Shown in pieces: positions 1 through 9,590 of a stretch of DNA of 17,181 nt (positions are counted from its first letter, which is position 1; the number at the start of each line of letters is the position of its first letter). The notes below the pieces were generated by a model. The model was not told the origin of the DNA and made no database searches. It worked only from the letters and a program-made list of their open reading frames with translations. A program made the position numbers and the translations under genes. This DNA is from Utricularia gibba. Its lineage: Eukaryota > Plantae > Magnoliophyta. The stretch is taken from positions 1 through 17,181 of the forward strand of contig NEEC01000512.1 of assembly GCA_002189035.1 (NCBI GenBank). Direction: 5' to 3'.

Positions 1-834
1 CCGAAAGTAAGTTGTAGCCCGGCAAAGAAAGTGATGTATTTATTAACGTTCGGTTTTCAGGGTTGCCTACATGGTTTTCCAAGGAAAAGCTTTTCGTTTT
101 GTGGCGGCCGCTCTCGCTGGGCACTTGGTCCGGGCCCCTGATTTCTTTATGGCTCATGAGGACAAAAGATGCAAATCGATGAAAATAATGATGCATTTGT
201 TTAAATTACGATGTCGCGTGCACCCAAATGATTTTTTTAACAACATACTTTATACATGAGGAGGCGGTCTTGGGGGGCACTTGGAACCGGAAAAAGATCA
301 GCTTAGGCTTGGGCCGAAAGTAAGTTGTAGCCCGGCAAAGAAAGTGATGTATTTATTATCGTTCGGTTTTTGGGGTTGCCTACATGGTTTTTCAAGGAAC
401 ATCTTCTCGTTTTGTGGTGGCTAGTTTCGCTGGGAACTTGGTCCTTGACCCCGATTCTGTATGGCTCATGGGGTCAACCGGATGCAAATCGAAGAAAAAA
501 AAATGATGCATTTGTTTAAATTACGATATCACGTGCACCCTACATGATTTTTTTCGACAACTTACTTTATACATGGGGAGGCGGTCTTGGGGGTACCTGG
601 AACCGGAAAATGGTCAGCTTAGGCTTGGGCCGATAGTAAGTTGTAGCCCGGCAAAGAAAGTATGTATTTATTATCGTTCGGTTTTCGGGGCTGCCTAAAT
701 GCTTTTTGAAAGAACATCTTCTCGTTTTATGGCGGCCAGTCTCGCTGGGAACTTGGTCCTTGACCCTGGTTCTGTATGGCTCATGGGGTGATGAAAAAAA
801 ATGATGCATTTGTTTAAATTACGGTATCACGTGC
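1..834. repeat. ~315-bp satellite array, segment 1 (about 2.7 monomers)
   Basis: The landmark ATGATGCATTTGTTTAAATT occurs at 188, 503 and 801. Spacings are 315 and 298; the last monomer carries a 16-bp deletion. Confidence 0.97.
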
Positions 835-1568
835 CCTGGTTATATTCATATTGTGCATTTTGGTGAGGAGAGCAGATTCACCATAAGTTTTCTCAACTTC
901 ATTACATCTCTTAGTTCCAATCTCTTTTCTGTAGATTGCAACTCAATCATGATCTCTCTAAATGTTGGCTCTGGTGTAACAGGATATTCAGGATACAGCT
1001 GATGGAGCTTTCCTTCAATAATGTCAAGGATTTTTCTTTCTGTCTCAAGTGCACATAACTTTGGCTCGAATCTTGCAGGTAGGCTCATGATTGCCTTGCT
1101 AATCACCTTTTGATCCTCAAGTTTTTCCCCCAATCCTCGAATCTCCTTCACAAGCTTCGCAGTACGTTCATAATAGACTTGTATGGTTTCATTGTCTAAC
1201 ATTTTGTTCCTCTCAAAGTCCTCCAGCTTGTTTTTGCATAATATCTCTCTGAGTTTGGCATCGCCTTCATAATGGGATTTGAGAGTATCCCATATTTCTT
1301 TTGCTGATTGACACTCTGCAATATCATCAAATAGATGTTCAGAGATGGCTTGATACAAGGCATCCATTGCTTCATCTTTTCTCTGTTGAAGATACTCAGC
1401 TTCCTCTTGCTGTTCTGATGTGGATTTGCTTGTTATTGTAATAGCCGGAATCTCCCTTTCAACAACATCCCAAATCTTTCTGACCCGAAGGTAGCTGCGC
1501 ATCTTTTTGACCCAGCTTCCATACTCTGAACCATCAAATATTGGAGGTCCTCTACCAGATGCCATCAT
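814..1568 (-). pseudogene. gag: gag copy 1 with an apparent 1-bp frameshift near 905 (possibly a consensus error)
   Basis: Reads CATTACATCT where the other three copies read CATTACCATCT. This gives the alternative 846-1568 frame; the translation is otherwise identical to copy 2. Confidence 0.8.
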
Positions 1569-1674
1569 AGCCACCGCTTGACAAGCTTTGGGTTGATACT
1601 TGGTAATCTACCAAGTAAAAAACGCTGAACGGTATATAAAATACTGAAACGAACACAGGTTTGAGAACCTTACT

Positions 1675-1686
1675 GCTCTGATACCA
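1675..1686 (-). other. Primer-binding site complementary to the 3' end of initiator tRNA-Met, copy 1
   Basis: Plus-strand GCTCTGATACCA equals minus-strand TGGTATCAGAGC, immediately after the LTR-terminal CA. This is the standard plant copia PBS. Confidence 0.93.
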
Positions 1687-2011
1687 TGTTGTTGCAAGAA
1701 AAATAGAGTCTTGGGAAGTAACAAAAAGGTAATGCTTATGAGATCACCTTGGATGAAAAACGACTCATGAACAATAAGAATGACCGAAAACCTAATTGAC
1801 ATGCATTTCTAGTAGGGCTTATATATACCAAATACCTAGGTTACCCAACAGTGGGCCACAATCATTGAAAACACACAAAAAGCCCAACAACTCGAATCCA
1901 ACACTTCCATGCTCGAACCCAACACCTTTTTTTATCTGAAATATGACATTATGACACAAGTTTAGTTCTTCCAATCACCTTCAAGCTTTGGATTGAGGCT
2001 GATCTCCAACA
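1687..2011 (-). repeat. LTR (5' LTR of the element), 325 bp, copy 1
   Basis: On the minus strand it begins TGTTGGAG and ends CAACAACA (TGTTG/CAACA terminal inverted repeat). It directly abuts the PBS and contains a TATA box. Confidence 0.9.
1818..1827 (-). promoter_or_regulatory. Putative LTR TATA box, copy 1
   Basis: Minus-strand TATATATAAG lies about 185 bp into the LTR and about 130 bp before its 3' end, the expected U3 position and orientation. Confidence 0.65.
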
Positions 2012-5000
2012 CTTGGTCCGGCCCCCTGATTCTTTATGGCTCATGAGGACAAAAGGATGCAAATCGATGAATACAATGATGCAATTGTTTAAATTACGAT
2101 ATCACGTGCACCCTACATGATTTTTTCAACAACTTACTTTATACTTGAGGAGGTGGTCTTGGGGGGCAAGAGGAACCGGACAAAGGTCAGCTTATGCTTG
2201 GGTCGAAAGTAAGTTGTAGCCTGACAAAGAAAGTGATCTATTTATTAACGTTCGGTTTTCGGGGCTACCTACATGGTTTTTCAAGGAACCGCTTCTCGTT
2301 TTGTGGCGGCCAGTCTCGCTGGGAACTTGGTCCTTTACCCGATTCTGTATGGCTCATGAGGTCAACCGAATGCAAATCGATTAAAAAAATGATGCATTTG
2401 TTTAAATTGCGATATGACGTGCACCCCACATGATTTTTTTCAACAACTTACTTTATACTTGGGGAGGCGGTCTTGGGGTGCACCTGGAACGGGACAAAGG
2501 TCAGCTTAGGCTTGGCCGAAAGTAAGTTGTAGCCCGACAAATAAAGTGATAAATTTGATATCGTTCGGTTTTCGGGGGCTACCTACATGGTTTTTCAAGG
2601 AACCGCTTCTCGTTTTGTGGCGGCCAGTCTCGCTGGGAACTTGGTCTTTGACCCCGATTCTGTATGGCTCATGAGGTCAACCGGATGCAAATCGATTAAA
2701 AAAAATGATGCATTTGTTTAAATTGCGGTATGACGTGCACCCCACATGATTTTTTTCAACAACTTACTTTATACTTGAGGAGGCGGTCTTGGGGTGCACC
2801 TGGAACGGGACAAAGGTCAGCTTAGGCTTGGCAGAAAGTAAGTTGTAGCCCGGCAAAGAAAGTGATGTATTTATTATCGTTCGTTTTTTGGGGGCTGCCT
2901 ACATGGTTTTTCAAGGAACTTCTCGTTTTGTGGCGGCAGTCTCGCTGGGAACTTGGTCCTGGACCCCGATTCTGTATGGCTCATGGGGTCAACCGGATGC
3001 AAATCGATGAAAAAATGATGCATTTGTTTAAATTACGATATCACGTGCACCCTACATGATTTTTTCAACAACTTACTTTATACATGGGGAGGCGGTCTTG
3101 GGGGGTACCTGGAACGGAAAATGGTCAGCTTAGGCTTGGGCGATAGTAAGTTGTAGCCCGCAAAGAAAGTGATGTATTTATTATCGTTCGGTTTTTGGGG
3201 GCTGCCTACATGGTTTTTCAAGGAAATCTTCTCGTTTTGTGGTGGCAGTCTCGCTGGGAACTTGTCCTGACCCCGATTCTGTATGGCTCATGGGGTCAAC
3301 CGGATGCAAATCGAAGAAAAAAAATGATGCATTTGTTTAAATTACGATATCACGTGCACCCTACATGATTTTTTCGACAACTTACTTTATACATGGGGAG
3401 GCGGTCTTGGGGGTACCTGGAACGGAAAATGGTCAGCGTAGGCTTGGGCCGATAGTAAGTTGTAGCCCGACAAATAAAGTGATGTATTTATTATCGTTCG
3501 GTTTTCGGGCTGCCTACATGCTTTTTAAAGAACATCTTCTCGTTTTATGGCGGCCAGTCTCGCTGGGAACTTGGTCCTTGACCCGGTTCTGTATGGCTCA
3601 TGGGTCAACCGGATGCAAATCGATGAAAAAAATGATGCATTTGTTTAAATTGCGATATCACGTGCACCCCATGATTTTTTCAACAACTTACTTTATACTT
3701 GAGGAGGCGATCTTGGGTGCACCTCGAACAGGACAAAGGTAAGGTTTGGCTTGGCCGAAGTTAGTTGTAGCCCGACAAATAAAGTGATGTATTTATTATC
3801 GTTCGGTTTTCGGGGCTGCCTACATGGTTTTTCAAGGAACCGCTTCTCGTTTTGTGGTGGCCAGTCTCGCTGGGAACTTGGTCCTTGACCCCGATTCTGT
3901 ATGCTCATGAGGTCAACCGGATGCAAATCAATTAAAAAAAATGATGCATTTGTTTAAATTACGATGTCACGTGCACCCCACATGATTTTTTTAACAACAT
4001 ACTTTATACATGAGGAGGCAGTCTTTGTGCATTTGGAACGGGACAAAGGTAAGGTTTTGCGTGCACCGAAAGTAAGTTGTAGCCCGGCAAAGAAAGTGAT
4101 GTATTTATTAACGTTCGGTTTTCGGGTTGCCTACATGGTTTTTCCAAGGAAAAGCTTTTCGTTTTGTGGCGGCCGCTCTCGCTGGGACTTGGTCCGGGCC
4201 CCTGATTCTTTATGGCTCATGAGGACAAAATGCAAATCGATGAAAATAATGATGCATTTGTTTAAATTACGATATCGCGTGCACCCCAATGATTTTTTAA
4301 CAACATACTTTATACATGAGGAGGCGGTCTTGGGGGCACTTGGAACCGGAAAAAGATCAGCTTAGGCTTGGGCCGAAAGTAAGTTGTAGCCCGGCAAAGA
4401 AAGTGATGTATTTATTATCGTTCGGTTTTGGGTTGCCTACATGGTTTTTCAAGGAACATCTTCTCGTTTGTGGTGGCTTTTCGCTGGGAACTTGGTCCTT
4501 GACCCGATTCTGTATGGCTCATGGGGTCAACCGGATGCAAATCGAAGAAAAAAAATGATGCATTTGTTTAAATTACGATATCACGTGCACCCTACATGAT
4601 TTTTTCGACAACTTACTTTATACATGGGGAGGCGGTCTTGGGGGTACCTGGAACCGGAAAATGGTCAGCTTAGGCTTGGGCCGATAGTAAGTTGTAGCCC
4701 GGCAAAGAAAGGGATGTATTTATTATCGTTCGGTTTTGGGGGCTGCCTACATGGTTTTTCAAGGAAAATCTTCTCGTTTTGTGGTGGCTAGTCTCGCAGG
4801 GAACCTTGTCCGACCCCGATTCTGTATGGCTCATGGGGTCAACCGGATGCAAATCGAAGAAAAAAAATGATGCATTTGTTTAAATTACGATATCACGTGC
4901 ACCCTACATGATTTTTTCGACAACTTACTTTATACATGGGAGGCGGTCTTGGGGGTACCTGGAACTGGAAAATGGTCAGCGTAGGCTTGGGCCGATAGTA

Positions 5001-6447
5001 AGTTGTAGCCCGACAAATAAAGTAATGTATTTATTATCGTTCGGTTTTCGGAAGCTGCCTAAATGCTTTTTGAAAGAACATCTTCTCGTTTTATGGCGGC
5101 CAGTCTCGCTGGGAACTTGGTCCTTGACCCTGGTTCTGTATGGCTCATGGGGTCAACCGGATGCAAATCGATGAAAAAATGATGCATTTGTTTAAATTGC
5201 GATATCACGTGCACCCCACATGATTTTTTCAACAACTTACTTTATACTTGAGGAGGCGATCTTAGGGTGCACCTCGAACAGGACAAAGGTAAGGTTTGGC
5301 TTGCGCCGAGAGTTAGTTGTAGCCCGACAAATAAAGTGATGTATTTATTATCGTTCGGTTTTCGGGGGCTGCCTACATGGTTTTTCAAGGAACCGCTTCT
5401 CGTTTTGTGGTGGCCAGTCTCGCTGGGAACTTGGTCCTTGACCCCGATTCTGTATTGCTCATGAGGTCAACCGGATGCAAATCAATTAAAAAAAATGATG
5501 CATTTGTTTAAATTACGATGTCACGTGCACCCCACATGATTTTTTTAACAACATACTTTATACATGAGGAGGCAGTCTTTGAGTGCATTTGGAACGGGAC
5601 AAAGGTAAGGTTTTGCGTGCACCGAAAGTAAGTTGTAGCCCGGCAAAGAAAGTGATGTATTTATTAACGTTCGGTTTTCAGGGTTGCCTACATGGTTTTC
5701 CAAGGAAAAGCTTTTCGTTTTGTGGCGGCCGCTCTCGCTGGGCACTTGGTCCGGGCCCCTGATTCTTTATGGCTCATGAGGACAAAATGATGCAAATCGA
5801 TGAAAATAATGATGCATTTGTTTAAATTACGATGTCGCGTGCACCCCAAATGATTTTTTTAACAACATACTTTATACATGAGGAGGCGGTCTTGGGGGCA
5901 CTTGGAACCGGAAAAAGATCAGCTTAGGCTTGGGCCGAAAGTAAGTTGTAGCCCGGCAAAGAAAGTGATGTATTTATTATCGTTCGGTTTTTGGGGTTGC
6001 CTACATGGTTTTTCAAGGAACATCTTCTCGTTTTGTGGTGGCTAGTTTCGCTGGGAACTTGGTCCTTGACCCCGATTCTGTATGGCTCATGGGGTCAACC
6101 GGATGCAAATCGAAGAAAAAAATGATGCATTTGTTTAAATTACGATATCACGTGCACCCTACATGATTTTTTCGACAACTTACTTTATACATGGGGAGCG
6201 GTCTTGGGGGGTACCTGGAACCGGAAAATGGTCAGCTTAGGCTTGGGCCGATAGTAAGTTGTAGCCCGGCAAAGAAAGTGATGTATTTATTATCGTTCGG
6301 TTTACGGGGCCTAAATGCTTTTTGAAAGAACATCTTCTCGTTTATGGCGCCAGTCTCGCTGGGAACTTGGTCCTTGACCCTGGTTCTGTATGGCTCATGG
6401 GGTGATGAAAAAAATGATGCATTTGTTTAAATTACGGTATCACGTGC
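2012..6447. repeat. ~315-bp satellite array, segment 2 (partial monomer plus 14 monomers)
   Basis: Landmark at 2076, 2389, 2705, 3015, 3324, 3632, 3941, 4249, 4555, 4867, 5179, 5495, 5809, 6122 and 6414. Spacings are 306-316, with the last at 292. Confidence 0.97.
3049..6155. repeat. Two copies of a pure-satellite 5-monomer HOR (~1.55 kb)
   Basis: Five distinguishable variants (I, B, C, D, E) start at 3049/3358/3666/3975/4283 and again at 4589/4901/5213/5529/5843. Markers include GGTCAGCGTAGG (B), GCGATCTT (C), GCGGCCGCTCTCG (D) and AAAAAGATCAGC (E). Confidence 0.8.
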
Positions 6448-7182
6448 CCTGGTTATATTCATATTGTGCATTTTGGTGAGGAGAGCAGATTCACCATAAG
6501 TTTTCTCAACTTCATTACCATCTCTTAGTTCCAATCTCTTTTCTGTAGATTGCAACTCAATCATGATCTCTCTAAATGTTGGCTCTGGTGTAACAGGATA
6601 TTCAGGATACAGCTGATGGAGCTTTCCTTCAATAATGTCAAGGATTTTTCTTTCTGTCTCAAGTGCACATAACTTTGGCTCGAATCTTGCAGGTAGGCTC
6701 ATGATTGCCTTGCTAATCACCTTTTGATCCTCAAGTTTTTCCCCCAATCCTCGAATCTCCTTCACAAGCTTCGCAGTACGTTCATAATAGACTTGTATGG
6801 TTTCATTGTCTAACATTTTGTTCCTCTCAAAGTCCTCCAGCTTGTTTTTGCATAATATCTCTCTGAGTTTGGCATCGCCTTCATAATGGGATTTGAGAGT
6901 ATCCCATATTTCTTTTGCTGATTGACACTCTGCAATATCATCAAATAGATGTTCAGAGATGGCTTGATACAAGGCATCCATTGCTTCATCTTTTCTCTGT
7001 TGAAGATACTCAGCTTCCTCTTGCTGTTCTGATGTGGATTTGCTTGTTATTGTAATAGCCGGAATCTCCCTTTCAACAACATCCCAAATCTTTCTGACCC
7101 GAAGGTAGCTGCGCATCTTTTTGACCCAGCTTCCATACTCTGAACCATCAAATATTGGAGGTCCTCTACCAGATGCCATCAT
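6427..7182 (-). CDS. gag: C-terminally truncated copia Gag, 251 aa from the first ATG; last 6 residues and stop come from satellite DNA
   Basis: PPIFDGSEYGSWVKKMRSYL..KIWDVVE matches the copia Gag N-terminus (DUF4219-like). SAKEIWDTLKSHYEG..FE..KM..NETI..YY.R...LV.EIRGLGE.LED.KVI.K.IMSLP.RF matches the Retrotran_gag_2/UBN2-like region. No CCHC zinc knuckle is present. The track's start at 7188 is a GTG; the first ATG is at 7182. Confidence 0.85.
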   Translation of the reverse strand: MMASGRGPPIFDGSEYGSWVKKMRSYLRVRKIWDVVEREIPAITITSKSTSEQQEEAEYLQQRKDEAMDALYQAISEHLFDDIAECQSAKEIWDTLKSHYEGDAKLREILCKNKLEDFERNKMLDNETIQVYYERTAKLVKEIRGLGEKLEDQKVISKAIMSLPARFEPKLCALETERKILDIIEGKLHQLYPEYPVTPEPTFREIMIELQSTEKRLELRDGNEVEKTYGESALLTKMHNMNITRARDTVI

Positions 7183-7288
7183 AGCCACCGCTTGACAAGC
7201 TTTGGGTTGATACTTGGTAATCTACCAAGTAAAAAACGCTGAACGGTATATAAAATACTGAAACGAACACAGGTTTGAGAACCTTACT

Positions 7289-7300
7289 GCTCTGATACCA
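7289..7300 (-). other. tRNA-iMet PBS, copy 2
   Basis: TGGTATCAGAGC on the minus strand, adjacent to the LTR. Confidence 0.93.
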
Positions 7301-7626
7301 TGTTGTTGCAAGAAAAATAGAGTCTTGGGAAGTAACAAAAAGGTAATGCTTATGAGATCACCTTGGATGAAAAACGACTCATGAACAATAAGAATGACCG
7401 AAAACCTAATTGACATGCATTTCTAGTAGGGCTTATATATACCAAATACCTAGGTTACCCAACAGTGGGCCACAATCATTGAAAACACACAAAAAGCCCA
7501 ACAACTCGAATCCAACACTTCCATGCTCGAACCCAACACCTTTTTTTTATCTGAAATATGACATTATGACACAAGTTTAGTTCTTCCAATCACCTTCAAG
7601 CTTTGGATTGAGGCTGATCTCCAACA
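7301..7626 (-). repeat. LTR, 326 bp, copy 2
   Basis: As copy 1. Confidence 0.9.
7432..7441 (-). promoter_or_regulatory. Putative LTR TATA box, copy 2
   Basis: TATATATAAG on the minus strand, same position in the LTR. Confidence 0.65.
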
Positions 7627-9590
7627 CTTGGTCCGAGCCCCTGATTCTTTATGGCTCATGAGGACAAAAGGATGCAAATCGATGAATACAATGATGCAAT
7701 TGTTTAAATTACGATATCACGTGCACCCTACATGATTTTTTCAACAACTTACTTTATACTTGAGGAGGTGGTCTTGGGGGCAAGAGGAACCGGACAAAGG
7801 TCAGCTTATGCTTGGGTCGAAAGTAAGTTGTAGCCTGACAAAGAAAGTGATCTATTTATTAACGTTCGGTTTTCGGGGCTACCTACATGGTTTTTCAAGG
7901 AACCGCTTCTCGTTTTGTGGCGGCCAGTCTCGCTGGGAACTTGGTCCTTTACCCCGATTCTGTATGGCTCATGGGGTCAACCGGATGCAAATCGAAGAAA
8001 AAAAATGATGCATTTGTTAAATTACGATATCACGTGCACCCTACATGATTTTTTCGACACTTACTTTATACATGGGGAGGCGGTCTTGGGGGTACCTGGA
8101 ACTGGAAAATGGTCAGCGTAGGCTTGGGCCGATAGTAAGTTGTAGCCCGACAAATAAAGTAATGTATTTATTATCGTTCGGTTTTCGGAAGCTGCCTAAA
8201 TGCTTTTTGAAGAACATCTTCTCGTTTTATGGCGGCCAGTCTCGCTGGGAACTTGGTCCTTGACCCTGGTTCTGTATGGCTCATGGGGTCAACCGGATGC
8301 AAATCGATGAAAAAAAATGATGCATTTGTTTAAATTGCGATATCACGTGCACCCCACATGATTTTTTCAACAACTTACTTTATACTTGAGGAGGCGATCT
8401 TAGGGTGCACCTGAACAGGACAAAGGTAAGGTTTGGCTTGCGCCGAGAGTTAGTTGTAGCCCGACAAATAAAGTGATGTATTTATTATCGTTCGGTTTTC
8501 GGGGGCTGCCTACATGGTTTTTCAAGGAACCGCTTCTCGTTTTGTGGTGGCCAGTCTCGCTGGGAACTTGGTCCTTGACCCCGATTCTGTATTGCTCATG
8601 AGGTCAACCGGATGCAAATCATTAAAAAAAATGATGCATTTGTTTAAATTACGATGTCACGTGCACCCACATGATTTTTTTAACAACATACTTTATACAT
8701 GAGGAGGCAGTCTTTGAGTGCATTTGGAACGGGACAAAGGTAAGGTTTTGCGTGCACCGAAAGTAAGTTGTAGCCCGGCAAAGAAAGTGATGTATTTATT
8801 AACGTTCGGTTTTCAGGGTTGCCTACATGGTTTTCCAAGGAAAAGCTTTTCGTTTTGTGGCGGCCGCTCTCGCTGGGCACTTGGTCCGGGCCCCTGATTC
8901 TTTATGGCTCATGAGGACAAAATGATGCAAATCGATGAAAATAATGATGCATTTGTTTAAATTACGATGTCGCGTGCACCCCAAATGATTTTTTTAACAA
9001 CATACTTTATACATGAGGAGGCGGTCTTGGGGGGCACTTGGAACCGGAAAAAGATCAGCTTAGGCTTGGGCCGAAAGTAAGTTGTAGCCCGGCAAAGAAA
9101 GTGATGTATTTATTATCGTTCGGTTTTTGGGGTTGCCTACATGGTTTTTCAAGGAACATCTTCTCGTTTTGTGGTGGCTAGTTTCGCTGGGAACTTGGTC
9201 CTTGACCCCGATTCTGTATGGCTCATGGGGTCAACCGGATGCAAATCGAAGAAAAAAAATGATGCATTTGTTTAAATTACGATATCACGTGCACCCTACA
9301 ATGATTTTTCGACAACTTACTTTATACATGGGGAGCGGTCTTGGGGGGTACCTGGAACCGGAAAATGGTCAGCTTAGGCTTGGGCCGATAGTAAGTTGTA
9401 GCCCGGCAAAGAAAGTGATGTATTTATTATCGTTCGGTTTACGGGGGCTTCCTAAATGCTTTTTGAAAGAACATCTTCTCGTTTATGGCGGCCAGTCTCG
9501 CTGGGAACTTGGTCCTTGACCCTGGTTCTGTATGGCTCATGGGGTGATGAAAAAAAATGATGCATTTGTTTAAATTACGGTATCACGTGC
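7627..9590. repeat. ~315-bp satellite array, segment 3 (partial monomer plus 6 monomers)
   Basis: Landmark at 7691, 8005, 8317, 8631, 8944, 9259 and 9557. Confidence 0.97.

Larger units (their letters stand above)
835..2011 (-). mobile_element. 3'-truncated Ty1/copia LTR retrotransposon (5' LTR-PBS-leader-partial gag), copy 1, 1177 bp
   Basis: Non-satellite block bounded by satellite CACGTGC| on the left and CAACA|CTTGGTCC on the right. It contains a TG..CA LTR, a TGGTATCAGAGC PBS and a copia-type gag ORF, all on the minus strand. Confidence 0.93.
6448..7626 (-). mobile_element. 3'-truncated Ty1/copia element, copy 2, 1179 bp (gag frame intact)
   Basis: Same sequence and same two junctions as copy 1. 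Confidence 0.93.

Noticed and set aside
300-330. Resemblance of satellite GCTTGGGCCGAAAGTAAGT to the plant 5S rRNA internal promoter region (GCTTGGGCGAGAGTAGT)
   Set aside because: Only an 8-nt exact core with gapped extension, about chance level for this search space. There is no C box at the right distance, and the other short 5S-like words are not collinear. A BLASTN/Infernal search of the consensus would settle it.
574-600. G-quadruplex potential in GGGGAGGCGGTCTTGGGG(GG)
   Set aside because: Only two runs of three or more G occur, so at best a weak two-tier structure. The G-run lengths are also unreliable in this assembly.
1608-1802. 64-73 aa minus-strand ORF overlapping the LTR 3' part, PBS and leader (also 7222-7416, 10363-10584, 13503-13697)
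   Set aside because: It lies across non-coding LTR/PBS sequence, does not start with ATG in the 64-aa versions, and is repeated only because the element is repeated.
835-2011. Complete TR-GAG/TRIM element or solo LTR
   Set aside because: Each block has only one LTR, no PPT at its 3' end and no TSD, and gag runs straight into satellite. The attached PBS and gag exclude a solo LTR.
5588-5598. CENP-B-box-like TGGAACGGGA
   Set aside because: About 6 of the 9 essential positions match and the TTCG half is missing. A CENP-B box system is not established for plants.
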